DNA of 55,009 nucleotides, filler included, from Basidiobolus ranarum (GCA_040143965.1; 3 parts of 3 records of this genome joined end to end with filler, not necessarily neighbours in it); one strand, 5' to 3'; shown: positions 23,808 through 36,821, numbered from the whole stretch's first letter. The notes: a model not told the origin generated them from the letters alone. Program-made: numbers and translations.

Positions 23808-26655
23808 ATGCTTCGAAGTAGTTCTGAAAATGTGGTTGCACCAACGACAAATCGACCAATATCTCCGCTTACACGAAGCGTTACCGATAAAATTGAACCT
23901 GCTCATAATTCACTTACCACTTCTCAACTTGTTCCATCGAATGCAAGTGCCATTCCTGCGAATAACCTCTGGAGTGTACCGGACGGTAAATTACAAGTAA
24001 GGAAGTTACGAAATCTCACAAATGATGGCAATCAATTTATCTTTCACCATTGTAGTATATACTCAAATCTCTGTCATAGGTTAGGGTCATCAAAATATCA
24101 GTTGACCGACCAGTTCGACGACCATATGTCCGACTTATCTTGGGAGGTAAGTAATATGCTCTCGTTTAAAAAGTAATTTCTTAAAATGTATCACTTAATA
24201 TTACCTTCTTCTCATTCAGACCAAACATATCAAACTTCAATATCCGATTTGCCAGAAGGTTATTGGAACGAATGCTTTGAGTTCGACATAACTTTCCATT
24301 CACAGTTATTTGGAATATGTCAAGTAAGAACTCACTTTTCTTGAACTCATTAAAATGGAAATATTTCTCAATTACCCAATTACCCTTGTAGTTAGATCTA
24401 TTCGAATCCAACTTTATAATGCCTGATAAGCATATTGGAAGGGCTGAAATACCACTCACCCAATTAGAAGGGATGCCAGAACAATTTCATAGGTGAAGAT
24501 AAATAGTCCTTTATTCTTGCAGAGTACCTAGCGTTTAACGGATATTTTCACAATATTCATAGTTACTATGAATTATGGGATAAACGCTTATCACCAAGTA
24601 ATAGCACCTCGCTTAACGCCTGGAATATGAAATCAGTAAATCGCGGAGCAATCCAAGTAAGAATTAACTATCGATTTCAAGGGATCACCAACGAGGCATA
24701 CGATACCAATATGAAGGCAGAAAGCCTTGAATTAGACCGAAGCATTCATAATATCTTCCGAAGTAAAGTAGAATCAGGCTTAGAAGAAGAACATACAGAC
24801 GCAGAACTTCCTAAAGTCGAAGAAAAAGAAAGTAAATCAAGTCCATTAGATAAAGAAGAATATTTGTTCAGTTTGGATGAACCAGTGGAAGAGAAATCCG
24901 AAAAATCATTCACATTTCTTTTCGGTTTGAGTAAGCACTTAATCTCCGATCAAACAGCACAAGTCCTACGAGGAATCAGCAAATTGTCAGCTGCCTTTGT
25001 AGGAAGATTTAAGAACTGATATCACTTATGTCATGCTAAATTTAATCATCCTATTATTTTTGTCTACTCTCTAGGGACAAGGCCTGGTTGCATCCAACGT
25101 AGAGATTCTTGCTGGTCTGTTGATTTTAGAAAAGTTTTATCTAACTGTAGCTGAGTACGCTAAGCATCATGATTGAGACTCAATCCAAATTATCGACTGA
25201 TTATTCCTCTTGAACATGATTGAAATAGTGTAAAAACCAAGCTTTACGTTCAAGATTTGCACGATATCGAATACCCTTCCTACTTTTACAAATATGCTAT
25301 GGCGGCCTATGTAAGCAATAAGCAAGCGATATACATCGTTAAGCCATGCGATTCTTACCATTAGGATGGATTATAGGGATGGCGAGGACTGCATTTCTCT
25401 GGGAAAAAGAATGGTGTTGTAGCAGGTATTCAACATTAAAGTAGCCAAACTCCTTCACACATAATCTTTTACATTAAATATTCCATTGTCTATCACTAGG
25501 TGCTATTCGAAAAGGATCTGATGTCACCAGTATTTGTCAATTCTTAGCACTTCCACAAGAGGACCTTCTTGGCTTTGAGTTTCGTAGAGGACGAATTTTT
25601 CAACCAAGTTACTTCATTGCTTTAGATAGAAGTACAAATTCCATGGTCTTAAGCATAAGAGGAACAATGGTAAGCATTTAGTTGGATGAAAAGAGATCAT
25701 CTCATACTGGAGTATCTCATCATTGAATCCAATGAATTTCACTGTAGAGTGCTCAAGATACGCTAACGGATTTAGTGTGTGAATATCAACCTTGGAAAGG
25801 AGGAGTGGTTCATTCAGGAATGAAGTGTTCGGCTCAATTTTTCATGACAGAAATTATGCCTAAATTACTTACCCACATGGCTGAGCATCAAGTGACTAAT
25901 CTAAATATAGTTGGACATTCCTTGGGAGGAAGTACAGCTAGTGTTCTAACTATGATGCTCATGGATCATCTGGATAAAATACGTGAGGCTAGTACTCCAG
26001 GATTCCAAATTCAATGCTACGCTTACGGTCCCCCTCCATCGGTGTCATTAGACTTGGCCAAGAAATACGATGATGTGATCTATACCTATGTTAATGAGAG
26101 TGATATCGTCTGTCGACTCAGCTACGGTGGTATGTTGGATTTCAAAAGCATGGTACTATGTGCAGCAGAATCTTCCAGTAATCATCTAGAAGAGCTGTTG
26201 ACGTTCAGGGTAAGTGAATTCCCATCACCCATAAAATTGGATGTCACCATTTATTCCTATCGGATATTAGGGATCATCCAGTGTACAAAAGTATTCGGAT
26301 AAATGGAAGAAACGATTTGACTTCCTTATGGAACATCGTCGAAAGAGGGAGAAATTGGCCAAACCAAAGGTGGGTTAGGGTAAAGGGTATTTCCATTGAA
26401 TTCTTATTAACTGGGACTATTTCGATATGTTAGTTGTATATTGCGGGGACGGTATTCCATATGTATGCTGACCCTACTATCGCTGAACCAAATCGGACAT
26501 TGATGGAACGAACTGAGGTGGAAAGCTTCTCAGAACTGATAATTCGCAGTAGTATAGTCATGGACCATTTACCCAGTATGTATGAAGTTGCATTTCATCG
26601 AGCACGTGATACTTTGATGAGAGGAAAGGTAGGAACCCAGGAAAGAGAGGGATAA
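23808..26655 (+). CDS. C2-domain, class-3 lipase (DAG-lipase-like catalytic domain)
   Basis: About 11-12 exons. Spliced N-terminus gives C2: GKLQVRVIKISV..PYVRLILGDQTYQTS...WNECFEF...LDLFESNFIMPDKHIGRAEIPL. Lipase: LSIRGTMS, VHSGM, IVGHSLGG, CYAYGPPP, DIVCRLS, DHLP. Confidence 0.85.
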
Positions 26656-27599
26656 TTGATTCAGTTGTGATTCTTTTGGCTACTGTGGTATCCGTTATCA
26701 AGTGACCATTCCAGAAACGTTACATATAAATATACCAATAATGAACGAACGTTTTTGATCATCATTCATCTACTCTATAGATTTGTCTGCTCTATACATT
26801 GTAAACAACATGATGGTTTGGTATTTGGTATGCTCACTGTAAATGTTTTGCTTGAAGCTGAAGCTTAAAATATATAAACATTCTTAAATCTATTTTATCT
26901 GTGGGCTATTTTCGAATTAGATTTAATTCAGTTTCAGACAGAATAATAGGAACCTCACCATATACTCATACGTGAATTTCCCGCACTGTAAATAGTCCAG
27001 TTGCCACTTCACCCTACTCCTACGATCAGAGGTTAATAATAACCCCGTTGCAAAATATAACGTCATACTCTATACTATAAATAGCATCCTTTATTCCTCA
27101 AAGTGATTTGCAATATATCATCATAGCTCTGTGCTTAGAGGCTTGTATGGAAATGCTTTAGACATTAGGAGACAGTTAATACCATGAGAGATATTGCTTT
27201 TCACAGATATCATTCAAACAAAAATATTATATATTTCATGTAATGCTTTTTCAGCATCTGTAGTGGTAAAACTTCACCTAGATGCAGATAGCTTCCAAGT
27301 CTAGCTATATTCAAATATCCCAGAAATGCCCTTGATATAGTGCAGGTTATGGTTACAGAGCCACTTTGCATTAAGGAGAAATGGATATATTTTGAACTAA
27401 CCACATAGGCTCATATACATCACTCATTTATCGGGTTTTCCACTTCAAATACCAGTCCAATTATCATAAAGCTAGGTATGATACTTTTTTTTCTTTATCC
27501 AAGAAACCAGCTCAGGTAGTATGGTGTCTGATGCAGTAGTAAATATTGAGTTGTAATTATTTAAAGCTACTGCCATTGCATAATGTGAGGAGTACTAAC

Positions 27600-27928
27600 T
27601 GTTAAAGTATTTGGGAGCCTGTTGGAAGTGGTTTGGAGAATTAGAGGAATTGGTGGTTTTCACTTATTGATTTATTGAATACAAAGTTGACATTTATAGT
27701 TTTGTCAAGATGTAAACAAACTAACGTGTAGAATGTGTTAAGGAAGGTCCCAGGAACATGTGTGCAAAGTTTGGGGCTTCTAGCACAAGTTTGAAAAATC
27801 TATATATCTGAGAACTTCTAAGTAAATTCCAATTGAGAATAATGGATAATATCTTAGTAAATTATAAGATAACTAAGTACTAAGCTATATATGACTATAT
27901 TGGTGTTTAGGCAAAGCTAATTTCAACA
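27600..27928 (-). mobile_element. Solo copia LTR (329 bp) with 5-bp target-site duplication
   Basis: TG...CA termini flanked by CTAAC at 27595-27599 and 27929-27933; aligns end to end with the LTR at 35658-36004 that precedes a PBS and gag. Confidence 0.9.
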
Positions 27929-29724
27929 CTAACTCTACTAGTTGTATGTTACTTATCTTATAAATAATGGTTTCTTTGAAGCAAAAGTTAGTGAGGATAA
28001 ATCAAGGTGATACTGAATGCTGAGGGAATAAAAAAGAAAAGAATTTATGAATGAGTTGCGAGAGAAAATTATATACTTCAAAGAAATGCGATGGTTAAAA
28101 ATGGATTTGGGTTATGTAAAAATTGACAGTTCGCTACTTCCAGATAGTTCAGAAATTTCAGTACCGTCTGTGCTATGATTATAGATCAGCGGTTGTAACT
28201 AATGGTCCAATAAAAAGACTAGAAATATCTGACGCAACTATGATGTCTGAGCAGCTTCATAAATGGCAGTCATATGTTGTCATTGCTGATAATTGGCCCG
28301 TGAGATTGCTATATTTGTCAATGAAATTTGCCCGGGATATTTAGGGATAAGCATTGATATCGAAACCAGCTTTCTGCCCCTTAGCAGTGGTTCAATTCGC
28401 CCGAAATTGACTTGATCATCGGCAAACAGACCAGATTAATCGATTAATCTACTTTTAAAGACCGCTAAAGAAAGCTCAAACCAACATAAAAATGACACCT
28501 CTAATCCATTCAAGTATGAATCCTTTCATCATCCTTCTTAGCATGGTAATTAAGGACTCTCGATTGTTCTTGATTGGTCAAGTATTGTAAAACAAATTGC
28601 ATCATTGGGAGCTTAGCTTTAAGAAAATGGCTTATATAAACTGTGCTGGCTAGTTTCATGACCTTTGGATGACTATATATGGTACAGAGATTGTTATAGT
28701 TAACCAGTGCTCTGACCTTTACAACCGGATGTGCGAAAGGTCTACGTCATACGTCTCATGCGGATCTAATTTCAATGCTCGCGTACACAAATGGAACCTC
28801 GGTTGAATTATTGTGATTAAACTTGATGCGACCTTCGCATTGGGGGTAATCCTCCACTTCTGCATAATACGTCATGAATACTTCATTTTGACGTAATACT
28901 CATTCCAAATATAGGACGAATGAAGATTCGGTTATTTTAGCGCGGAAGTAACCTCCAACGAGATTCAAGGTAAAGGCGTGAAGAACTCATTTAAGTCCAT
29001 AATAGGGATAGTCCAACTAGTTAAAGCATTACACTACATAGCAATGACTACATTACTTACTGTCTACATAAATTCAACAGACAGCATTGGCTTATAATTA
29101 GGAAGATGTCAGCCCCTAAAACGAGTTGCGGGATTTATTGGTCTAGTATGAATTTGGAATTTATACATGGAAGGCGAAGGAATCTTCTGCCTCAGTATGA
29201 TGATCAGTACAAATTCATTTCAAGTGATTCACCATCGATTGCATAGCTTTGCATAACTATTGTTTCTAATCACAGAATCGGACACGGTCAGTTCATTCTT
29301 CTCTAAAATTCGATCCAATTCAAATATATCCCCGCGAATCTTCTAGATCATAAAAAGTTAGATTCCCCAGAATCCTACTGATTTCTCAAAATGGAAAATT
29401 AATACGAATCAATACAATCCTTTTTAGAGGGGACTTGAGCAACATCAATGTAGTGGATTGCTTGGTTTGATTACTTTCTGACGAAATCAGTCCAATTGGA
29501 GAACTGTTGCAGAGAGAGTATTTAAAGAACACTTGGTCACGATGGAGTTATATACTTCGTTCAATCTCCAAATCTTGTACTCACTTTGAAATCTTGGTTT
29601 CTAGAGTGCCTCCAACTTACGCCAAAAATCCTGACTTAAATCTCACCCTATTTGCCCTATTCCCCCTTCCCCTCCCTCCCCATTACCTCAAATATTTTTG
29701 GACCTTTTATCATAGTAAGTAGTA

Positions 29725-30738
29725 ATGCCTCCACATCGATACAAATTAACAGACGAGCAACGTAGAGATTTGATTTACTCTGTTGTCAACGAAGGTAAAT
29801 CTATCAAAGAGACAGCGGATGATTTTCAAGTTCCATACGTTACTGTATATGCAGTGATACATACATTTAGAAGAACTGGAAGAATCAACGCATTAAAGAA
29901 AGGTGGTGATCGTCGAAGTAAATTGAATCAAACACAGCATGATTGGATATCTCAAAGAGTTGATGACAAACCGGATATCACAGTCAGACAACTTACCCAA
30001 GAACTTTGCGAGGAGTTCAACGTCCAAGTATCATCCTCTACTATCTCACGAGTATTGGCCAAAAGAGGATTCACTGTCAATCGAATACCATCTGATGGTA
30101 TGGTTGAAAATCAGATACCTCAAAATGGTTTCGGAAGTCAGAAGGAAGCTTTTGTGAGACAAATGCAGGTCATTCAGACAGAATTCGAGAATCGTATCAT
30201 ATATCTTGGTGAGGCGGGATATAGTATTTACCTTAAGCAATTCTACGGCAGAACATCTCAAGAGTATCCCGAAGATGTTGGTGGTGAGTCTTCTAAGCGA
30301 AGTAGCCAGTGTGTTTCTGTCTATCTCGCATTGAAGGAAAACCAACTTCTGTACTCAGATATCCAAATTGGCTCATTCAATTCCAATGCCTTTGTATCAT
30401 TTATGAACGAGGTCTTGAGGAATCTTGGAAATATAAGCCATTGTCTTATTTATGCTGCATCTTGCACCGCTCATAGGATCATCATTGAAGACCTTGTTAA
30501 GGGTACCACTCACAAGTTACTTGCATTTCCATCTGATGGCTCCCTGTTGAACCCTCTCGAAGGAGGGTTTGTCTCTTTAAAAAAGAACTTGCGAAGGGAA
30601 AAACCGACGACTAAAGATACTCTGCTTATGAGATTTCAAGAGGCCTTAGACAATCTGACTACGGAGGATTGGACTAGGGGAACTCAAAATGGAATCCATC
30701 CGATCACTCAAGATGAAGGAGATAGTCAGATGAACTAA
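29725..30738 (+). CDS. Tc1/IS630 transposase-derived protein with intact HTH domains and degenerate DDE centre
   Basis: HTH1 (GKSIKETADDFQVPYVTVYAVIHTFRRTG), GGDRRSKL linker, HTH2 (PDITVRQL...VSSSTISRVL); core IIYLGEAG, LIYAASCTAH, LNPLE. Confidence 0.85.
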   Translation: MPPHRYKLTDEQRRDLIYSVVNEGKSIKETADDFQVPYVTVYAVIHTFRRTGRINALKKGGDRRSKLNQTQHDWISQRVDDKPDITVRQLTQELCEEFNVQVSSSTISRVLAKRGFTVNRIPSDGMVENQIPQNGFGSQKEAFVRQMQVIQTEFENRIIYLGEAGYSIYLKQFYGRTSQEYPEDVGGESSKRSSQCVSVYLALKENQLLYSDIQIGSFNSNAFVSFMNEVLRNLGNISHCLIYAASCTAHRIIIEDLVKGTTHKLLAFPSDGSLLNPLEGGFVSLKKNLRREKPTTKDTLLMRFQEALDNLTTEDWTRGTQNGIHPITQDEGDSQMN

Positions 30739-33242
30739 TACATCATTTGATGCACATTTTCGTACCTTTCGATATTCATAAGGGATTCTTCACGGTAATT
30801 CATTTATAATTATATCGCTTTGATTACGACACTTCGGACCCCACTAAACCATTGGGAATCGGCATCATCATCTATACAAGTATGTACAAAGACATAGTAT
30901 GTAAGGCATCTATAGACCTTTGTTGTAACCATATAATATTGCTTTTTAGAAAGTACTTTGGTCCCCTTCGAATTGTATATTATTATGTATGGCTACTAAC
31001 ATAATTAAGTAATCAAATACTTCCCAAGCAACAAGCTAGATTAGTGGGTCGAAATAAACAAATATTTTGTGAACATCGTGGAAATTATGTCCCTCTCTTT
31101 CTATATTAGAACTCATTTAACCTCCATACTCCACCATGGAAGTCGCGTTGAAGTGTCACCTAAACCTATTAGGCGAGAATACTCGAGCCATGTTCTTCTG
31201 ACGAGTCATTAGATAGATTATGTGCATAATGGCTACCTCATAACTAGTTTTTTTTGGTATTATTTGGTGGCTAACAAGGTAACTTATTAGGGAGGCAATT
31301 ACTAAATATGGAATTGCATGGAGTGTTTATTCAACATTCGCTCATGACACTACAGCGATGGCTGTCATGGTACTTGATATCTGTTTGTTATTACATATGT
31401 ATATTCATCATTGTAGACCACCTGTACTCTATATATAACCATAAATTGATTGGTAAGTGCGGCACGTGACCTATCTCTCTCTTAATTGAGTTGTAAGTTA
31501 CTTCCCATACAAACGTCATTTTCACTATCAAGTTCGTATTCAATACCGCCATAAGATAATTCCAATCCAATCTCAATTGGAACTTAAATGATCCTAATGG
31601 GTATTGGTATTATTGGGTGATGCTTATGACCTTTCAAATAATCTCAAATTTTCAAGTACAATGGTGAGTATTGAGATAGAAACATGGACTTTCTGCTAAA
31701 GAGGAATTGGGTTCTTAATCTCTGTAAGAATTCAAGCCTGCTACCAAACTCTCATATCATTTGAACATTGGCTTCATTAATAATGCCTTGGTATCTTTTA
31801 TTAATAATCATATTACAATAAAATCATACAAAACTGACAAGATATTTAAGCTTATTGTTAAAATACTTTTGAGTTTCTTGTCAGGCATCAATTCTTTTTA
31901 GTCTAAATTTTCCAATATTACTGTTTCTACTTTGGTATGAGCTAAATGCAGATATTTGGATTTTCCTGATATTTTTCATTTTTTGTTTCTTGTCACTTCC
32001 AAGCATCTTAGCTCCTGGATAAATATAGCTTGTAAGAAATAATGCTTGCTAGAACAGATTTTAATTGGGTATTTCCTTTCAGCCAAAAAAAAGAACTCGT
32101 AGCTTACTAACTGATTATATGATGCTTCTCTTTACTTAATAATAACTACCTTGTACTAATTAGCTTCCCGTGAATTCAAAAACCTCTACTTTATGCAGTG
32201 CCAACATTCATATTATCTTAATTGGTATTATAATGTATCTAGTATCTGGCTTCCTCACCCAACCAATATATAACTTGCTAGCAATACATCATTTCCTCTT
32301 GTCAATGAAGAAATTGAGCATCCATAAAATTATTTTGTAATCTAAGCATTGTAGTAAGTTGAAGGCTCATATATAGAAACCTAGTAGCATGTACTACCAA
32401 AGTGATGCTACAATGCTATTTCGAAAAATCCATATACAAAAATAGATTCAATTATTAGTTATACATAAGAAGTCGAATAAATTCAGTACTTTTACAATTA
32501 TAGCTAAAAGAATACTCTTGTCAGGTCACATAAACCTTAAGATTTCTTTAATCAATCGGAAAAAAGAACTACCCTTAACCCCCTGCCATGAAATAGGCTT
32601 TCCTAAATTCACCGATCTTGAGAAAATATTATGTGGTTGGTCAATTCATGGGTATGGGTATGTATATATGACTAACTGTCTTCTTACTTCCCACATTATT
32701 CCGATATTACTTCACTTGTGATTTGGTTTCAAGGAAATCAACGGAGAATTTAGAAATCTGGTCAATGATATTACTTGATGAAGTAAAGGTATATTTCCAA
32801 ATCGATTTCATACATCTATATTCATATTCACTCGTAGACGTGGTGAGGATGTCGGATAATGTAATTAGCCAGACGAGATGAAGCATATACTATAAAATAT
32901 AATTTCATATAGTAAAATATATGGTGATACGATATTTAACTCTGACATTGTTATGATTGATAACTAAAGTAGAAAAGTAAATCCTAAAGCTTGGTGGCTT
33001 CACATCTTCTTAAGCCAATACGCTTCAAGGTGACACATAAGTTAGCTACACGTATTAATCAAAGAAATGAGTTTGCCTGAGGTCCTTGGTAAAAATAGGG
33101 AGAGCGTTTGGTAATTCATTCCCAATGAGAACCTCGGAATTCACTGAATTTCTCAGAGTTTCAAAGGTCGATATTAAAACTCCAAAGGTATATATATATA
33201 AACCAGCCCTCCCATAACTCCATATCTCTGTTATTTCTTGAA

Positions 33243-34995
33243 ATGGTACAAGTATTGTCAACACCAAGCGAGGAGGATTCATCAATCGTCACGGTAGTCA
33301 GCAACTACACTCATGATTCAACAGAAGTGGCAGGCGAACGTTGGAGAAAGCCGGAACACTCCTATATCAAGGAAGAAAAAGATAAGAGACTGACAGAAGA
33401 TAAACTCAGTGAGGGTATACCTGAATTTTCAAAGCGTAAGAAGACTTTGATCGTGTTTGTGGTTGCATTAGCAGGGCTAGTAGGGCCTATAGCAACGAAT
33501 ATTTTCGTGCGTATGAGAAAATGTTACCGTTATTCCTATATCTCACATCTCTCATTTTATCACACTATCTTAGGTTCCATCGCTTGATATCATTCGTAAG
33601 GAGTTTGACATGTCCGAGTCGGTTGGAAATTTGACGGTCACAGTGTTCATGGTATTTCTAGGAATCGCGGTATGGTCATCTACTCAGCCTCATCCTCTAT
33701 ATTCACTAACTATTGATCAGCCTTTGTTCTGGGGTCCAGCCTCAGATAAAATTGGAAGAAGAGTGATTTATTTGATTTCTATCTCGATTTTCATTGTTGG
33801 AAGTATAGCTTGTGCTTTCTCAGTTAACGGCGCAATGATGATCGGTATGCGTGGAATACAAGCTATTGGTGCTTCTGCAGTACTTGCAATCGGTGAGAAT
33901 TGATTGGCTTCCTATTACACAGTAAATGGCTAACGCCTCTATTAGGAGCTGGTACAATCAGCGACATATTTGAGCCATTAGAGCGCGGTACCGCTTTTGG
34001 ACTCTATTTCATTGGACCATTACTTGGTCCTGTGTTGGGTAAGTTTATCGCTTTGCCTGGACTTTTGTGACAGTCAACTAAGGGTTCGTTAGGGCCGGTC
34101 GTTGGAGGAATACTTGGAGACAGGTTCGGATGGCGAATGATATTCTTTGTGTTAGCTGGGTTCGGAGCATTTGTATTGGTGTCAATCATCTTAACCTTGC
34201 CAGAAACCATGCCTGAAATACGCATGCGAAACTACGCACGTAAAAACCATTTACCTGTACCTAGAATAACTAAACAAGTCAGCATAATACAGCCTCTGCT
34301 TTTGCTACGGTATCCATCGGCCTTGATGGTTATTCTTTATGCTTGTTCTATTCTAGCATCAGTATATAGCTATACCACTTCGGTACCAATCATATTTCGT
34401 CCATCGTATCATCTAGATACCACTCAGGTGGGCTTGTTATTTTTAAGCTCAGGCATAGGAAATATCTTTGGATCGATCATTGGAGGAAGAATTGCCGATC
34501 ACTCGCTCAGAAAACTGAAATCCAAATCCGAAACCCGCATTCCTCCTGAAGCTCGATTCAATCTGGTTTGGTTTGGCTCCACATTATTTCCATTAAGCCT
34601 GTTGTGCTATGGTTGGTTGATAAATTTCAGTGTCAAAATAGAAGGACCTCTAGTGATGATGTTTCTCAGTGAGTAGACTATGTTTGAATGTAAATATGTA
34701 AGATGACAAGAGATTAATCTTAATCACAGTTGGATTTAGCTCTACCTACGTTTTCTCTAACACGTCAACCTACATCGTGGACATTTTTCCAGGATTTGGG
34801 GCTAGTGCTACGGCTGCAAATAACTGCTTACGGTATTTAAGTGGAGCTATAGCATCTGGTATCGTCAGCCCGTTACTTGAAGTAATGGGACCTGGTTGGC
34901 TGTTTACTGGATTGGCAGTTCTTACCATTGCAATGGATGGGATATTATTCATTGTGTATCGATGGGGCCATAAATGGAGGCCGACATTGGCATAG
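33243..34995 (+). CDS. MFS drug:H+ antiporter (DHA1, QDR-like)
   Basis: Six exons starting 33243-33506, 33574-33669; motifs PLFWGPASDKIGRR, GAGTISDIFEPLERG, GPLLGP.LGP..GG, WR..F, LPET, PEARF. Confidence 0.9.
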
Positions 34996-35508
34996 CCAAC
35001 GTTATCTTAGTGATAATCCTAATAGTTGATATTTATAGATATATTTAACTCACTCCAATTATATAAACATCATACAAAGAAAGATGCGTAGTACTTTGTA
35101 GTTATACTATGCCATAGACTGCTAAAAACTAATATGAAATCAGTCTCAAAAGAAAGTGTATGATTGCCCATCCAAGGTAACATATATACTCTTTGTATTA
35201 ATACTTAGCACTAAATATCAGATTCTGGGCACTTCACTATATGTCGCCATTTTATTTCGGTAATATGGTGAAAGATATTCCAAGAATATTTTCTTTATAA
35301 TCCTTTTGACTTTAGTACGTAGTTGGCGCATTGTTATGATTTGGAATATATGTAGCGTATGTTGCAAATAAAAAAATATGTAAACATGACTAAGTTAATG
35401 CTACTATAACTTATTGAGCTGTACTTGTTATTGTTCTTGCAAATCATTGGCATAATTCATACATCAAATAGTATATCTGCTGGTAAATTCTCACTCTATT
35501 ATTACTCT

Positions 35509-35570
35509 TGCTGAAATAAGCATTGCGTAAGCACCTACATAATCATACATAGCTTAGTATTTAGTTATTC
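35509..35570 (+). mobile_element. Diverged fragment of the same copia LTR 5' end
   Basis: tgctgaaataagcattgcgtaagcacctacataatcatacatagcttagtatttagttat matches the first ~60 bp of the 35658 LTR. Confidence 0.7.
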
Positions 35571-35657
35571 CATAGGGTTACTGACCCCCTTCCTGCGGAA
35601 CCTAGCAATCTAGTAGCTTATGCTTTGATGATTGGTAGAATATTTAGTATTTAAATG

Positions 35658-36170
35658 TGTCGAAATTAGCATTGTCTATGCACCTATATAATCATATATA
35701 TCTTAGTACTTAGTTATCTTCTATTGAATTAAGATATTACCCATTATTCTCAATCAGAATTTACTTAGTATATTGACACAAACCTGGAAGTTCCCAAATA
35801 AGTAGATTTTTCAAACTCGTGCTAGAAGCCCCAAACTTTGCACACATGTTTCTGGGACCCCTCCAAGCACATTCTCCATGTTAGTCTGCTTACATCTGAC
35901 AAAACTATATATGTCACCTGAATAATCAATAAATTAATGAGAGAAAACCACCAATTTCTACAATTCTCCAAACCACTTCCAACAGACTCTTAAATACCTT
36001 AGCAGATTGTGAGCCCCAAGCTTGCACTCTCTGTAAGGTCAACTTCTCATATCTCTGAAACTTTTCCCTCTTCTGATAAATTGGATGGAACCAATTATCA
36101 ATTTTGGAAAATGAAAATGCTGCTGCAAGAAAAAGGACTTTTGGACACTATTGTGGGAGAAGAAAACAAC
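35658..36170 (+). mobile_element. Degenerate copia 5' end: LTR (35658-36004), PBS (36005-36016), gag stub
   Basis: LTR homologous to 27600-27928; PBS GATTGTGAGCCC (decayed GGTTATGAGCCC); gag KLDGTNYQFWKMKMLLQEKGLLDTIVGEE without a start codon. Confidence 0.85.
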
Positions 36171-36721
36171 ACAAAACCATCTTTGTCATGAATCCAATCT
36201 TGGCATACTCATCCACCACATATGGAACTCTATATTATTCAATTATGACATCATATCTGCTGTGCCATCCTTTCTTGGCAATCTTGTGCTAGTTCATCCA
36301 GGTGATCTTATATGGAAGTCATGTTCATTGGAACATTCCCTGAAAGCTAACCAATCATGTCATCCCACATATAATATATTTCCACCAAGACCTTCCATGG
36401 AAGGTTACCTGATCATCCTTACTTCATCCCCCTTTGTATTGGTCCTTGTAGTCCCCAACACCCTGACACTTGAACTTGCCAAGGTATATTCCCTATTCAG
36501 TGTATAATATTTCACTCTGCAATATCTATATAGGCTTCTTGTTTTCCTTGATCAGACCTCACTCTGATCAATGCTAGTTATCAATAAAGATTCTTGCCAA
36601 AGTATCTTCCTTTTCTTTTCGTTTTTTTTTTGGCTTTGTTATAAACACCAAATTACTCTCTTTTTTATTTGCTTTTTTTTTTTTTTTACTTTCTTTTTCC
36701 TTTTCTTTTTTTTTACTGTCT

Positions 36722-36821
36722 NNNNNNNNNNNNNNNNNNNNNNNNNNNNNNNNNNNNNNNNNNNNTTAATTAATTAANNNNNNNNNNNNNNNNNNNNNNN
36801 NNNNNNNNNNNNNNNNNNNNN
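36722..36821. other. Artificial assembly linker (44 N + TTAATTAATTAA + 44 N)
   Basis: Same structure as 18324-18423. Confidence 0.97.

Noticed and set aside
29400-31000. Active Tc1/mariner element or Fanzor/TnpB-type system
   Set aside because: Catalytic Asp residues absent, no TIRs found by eye and no RuvC-like ORF nearby.
36571-36721. Phe-rich ORF resembling a membrane protein
   Set aside because: Translation of a poly-T low-complexity tract at a contig end.
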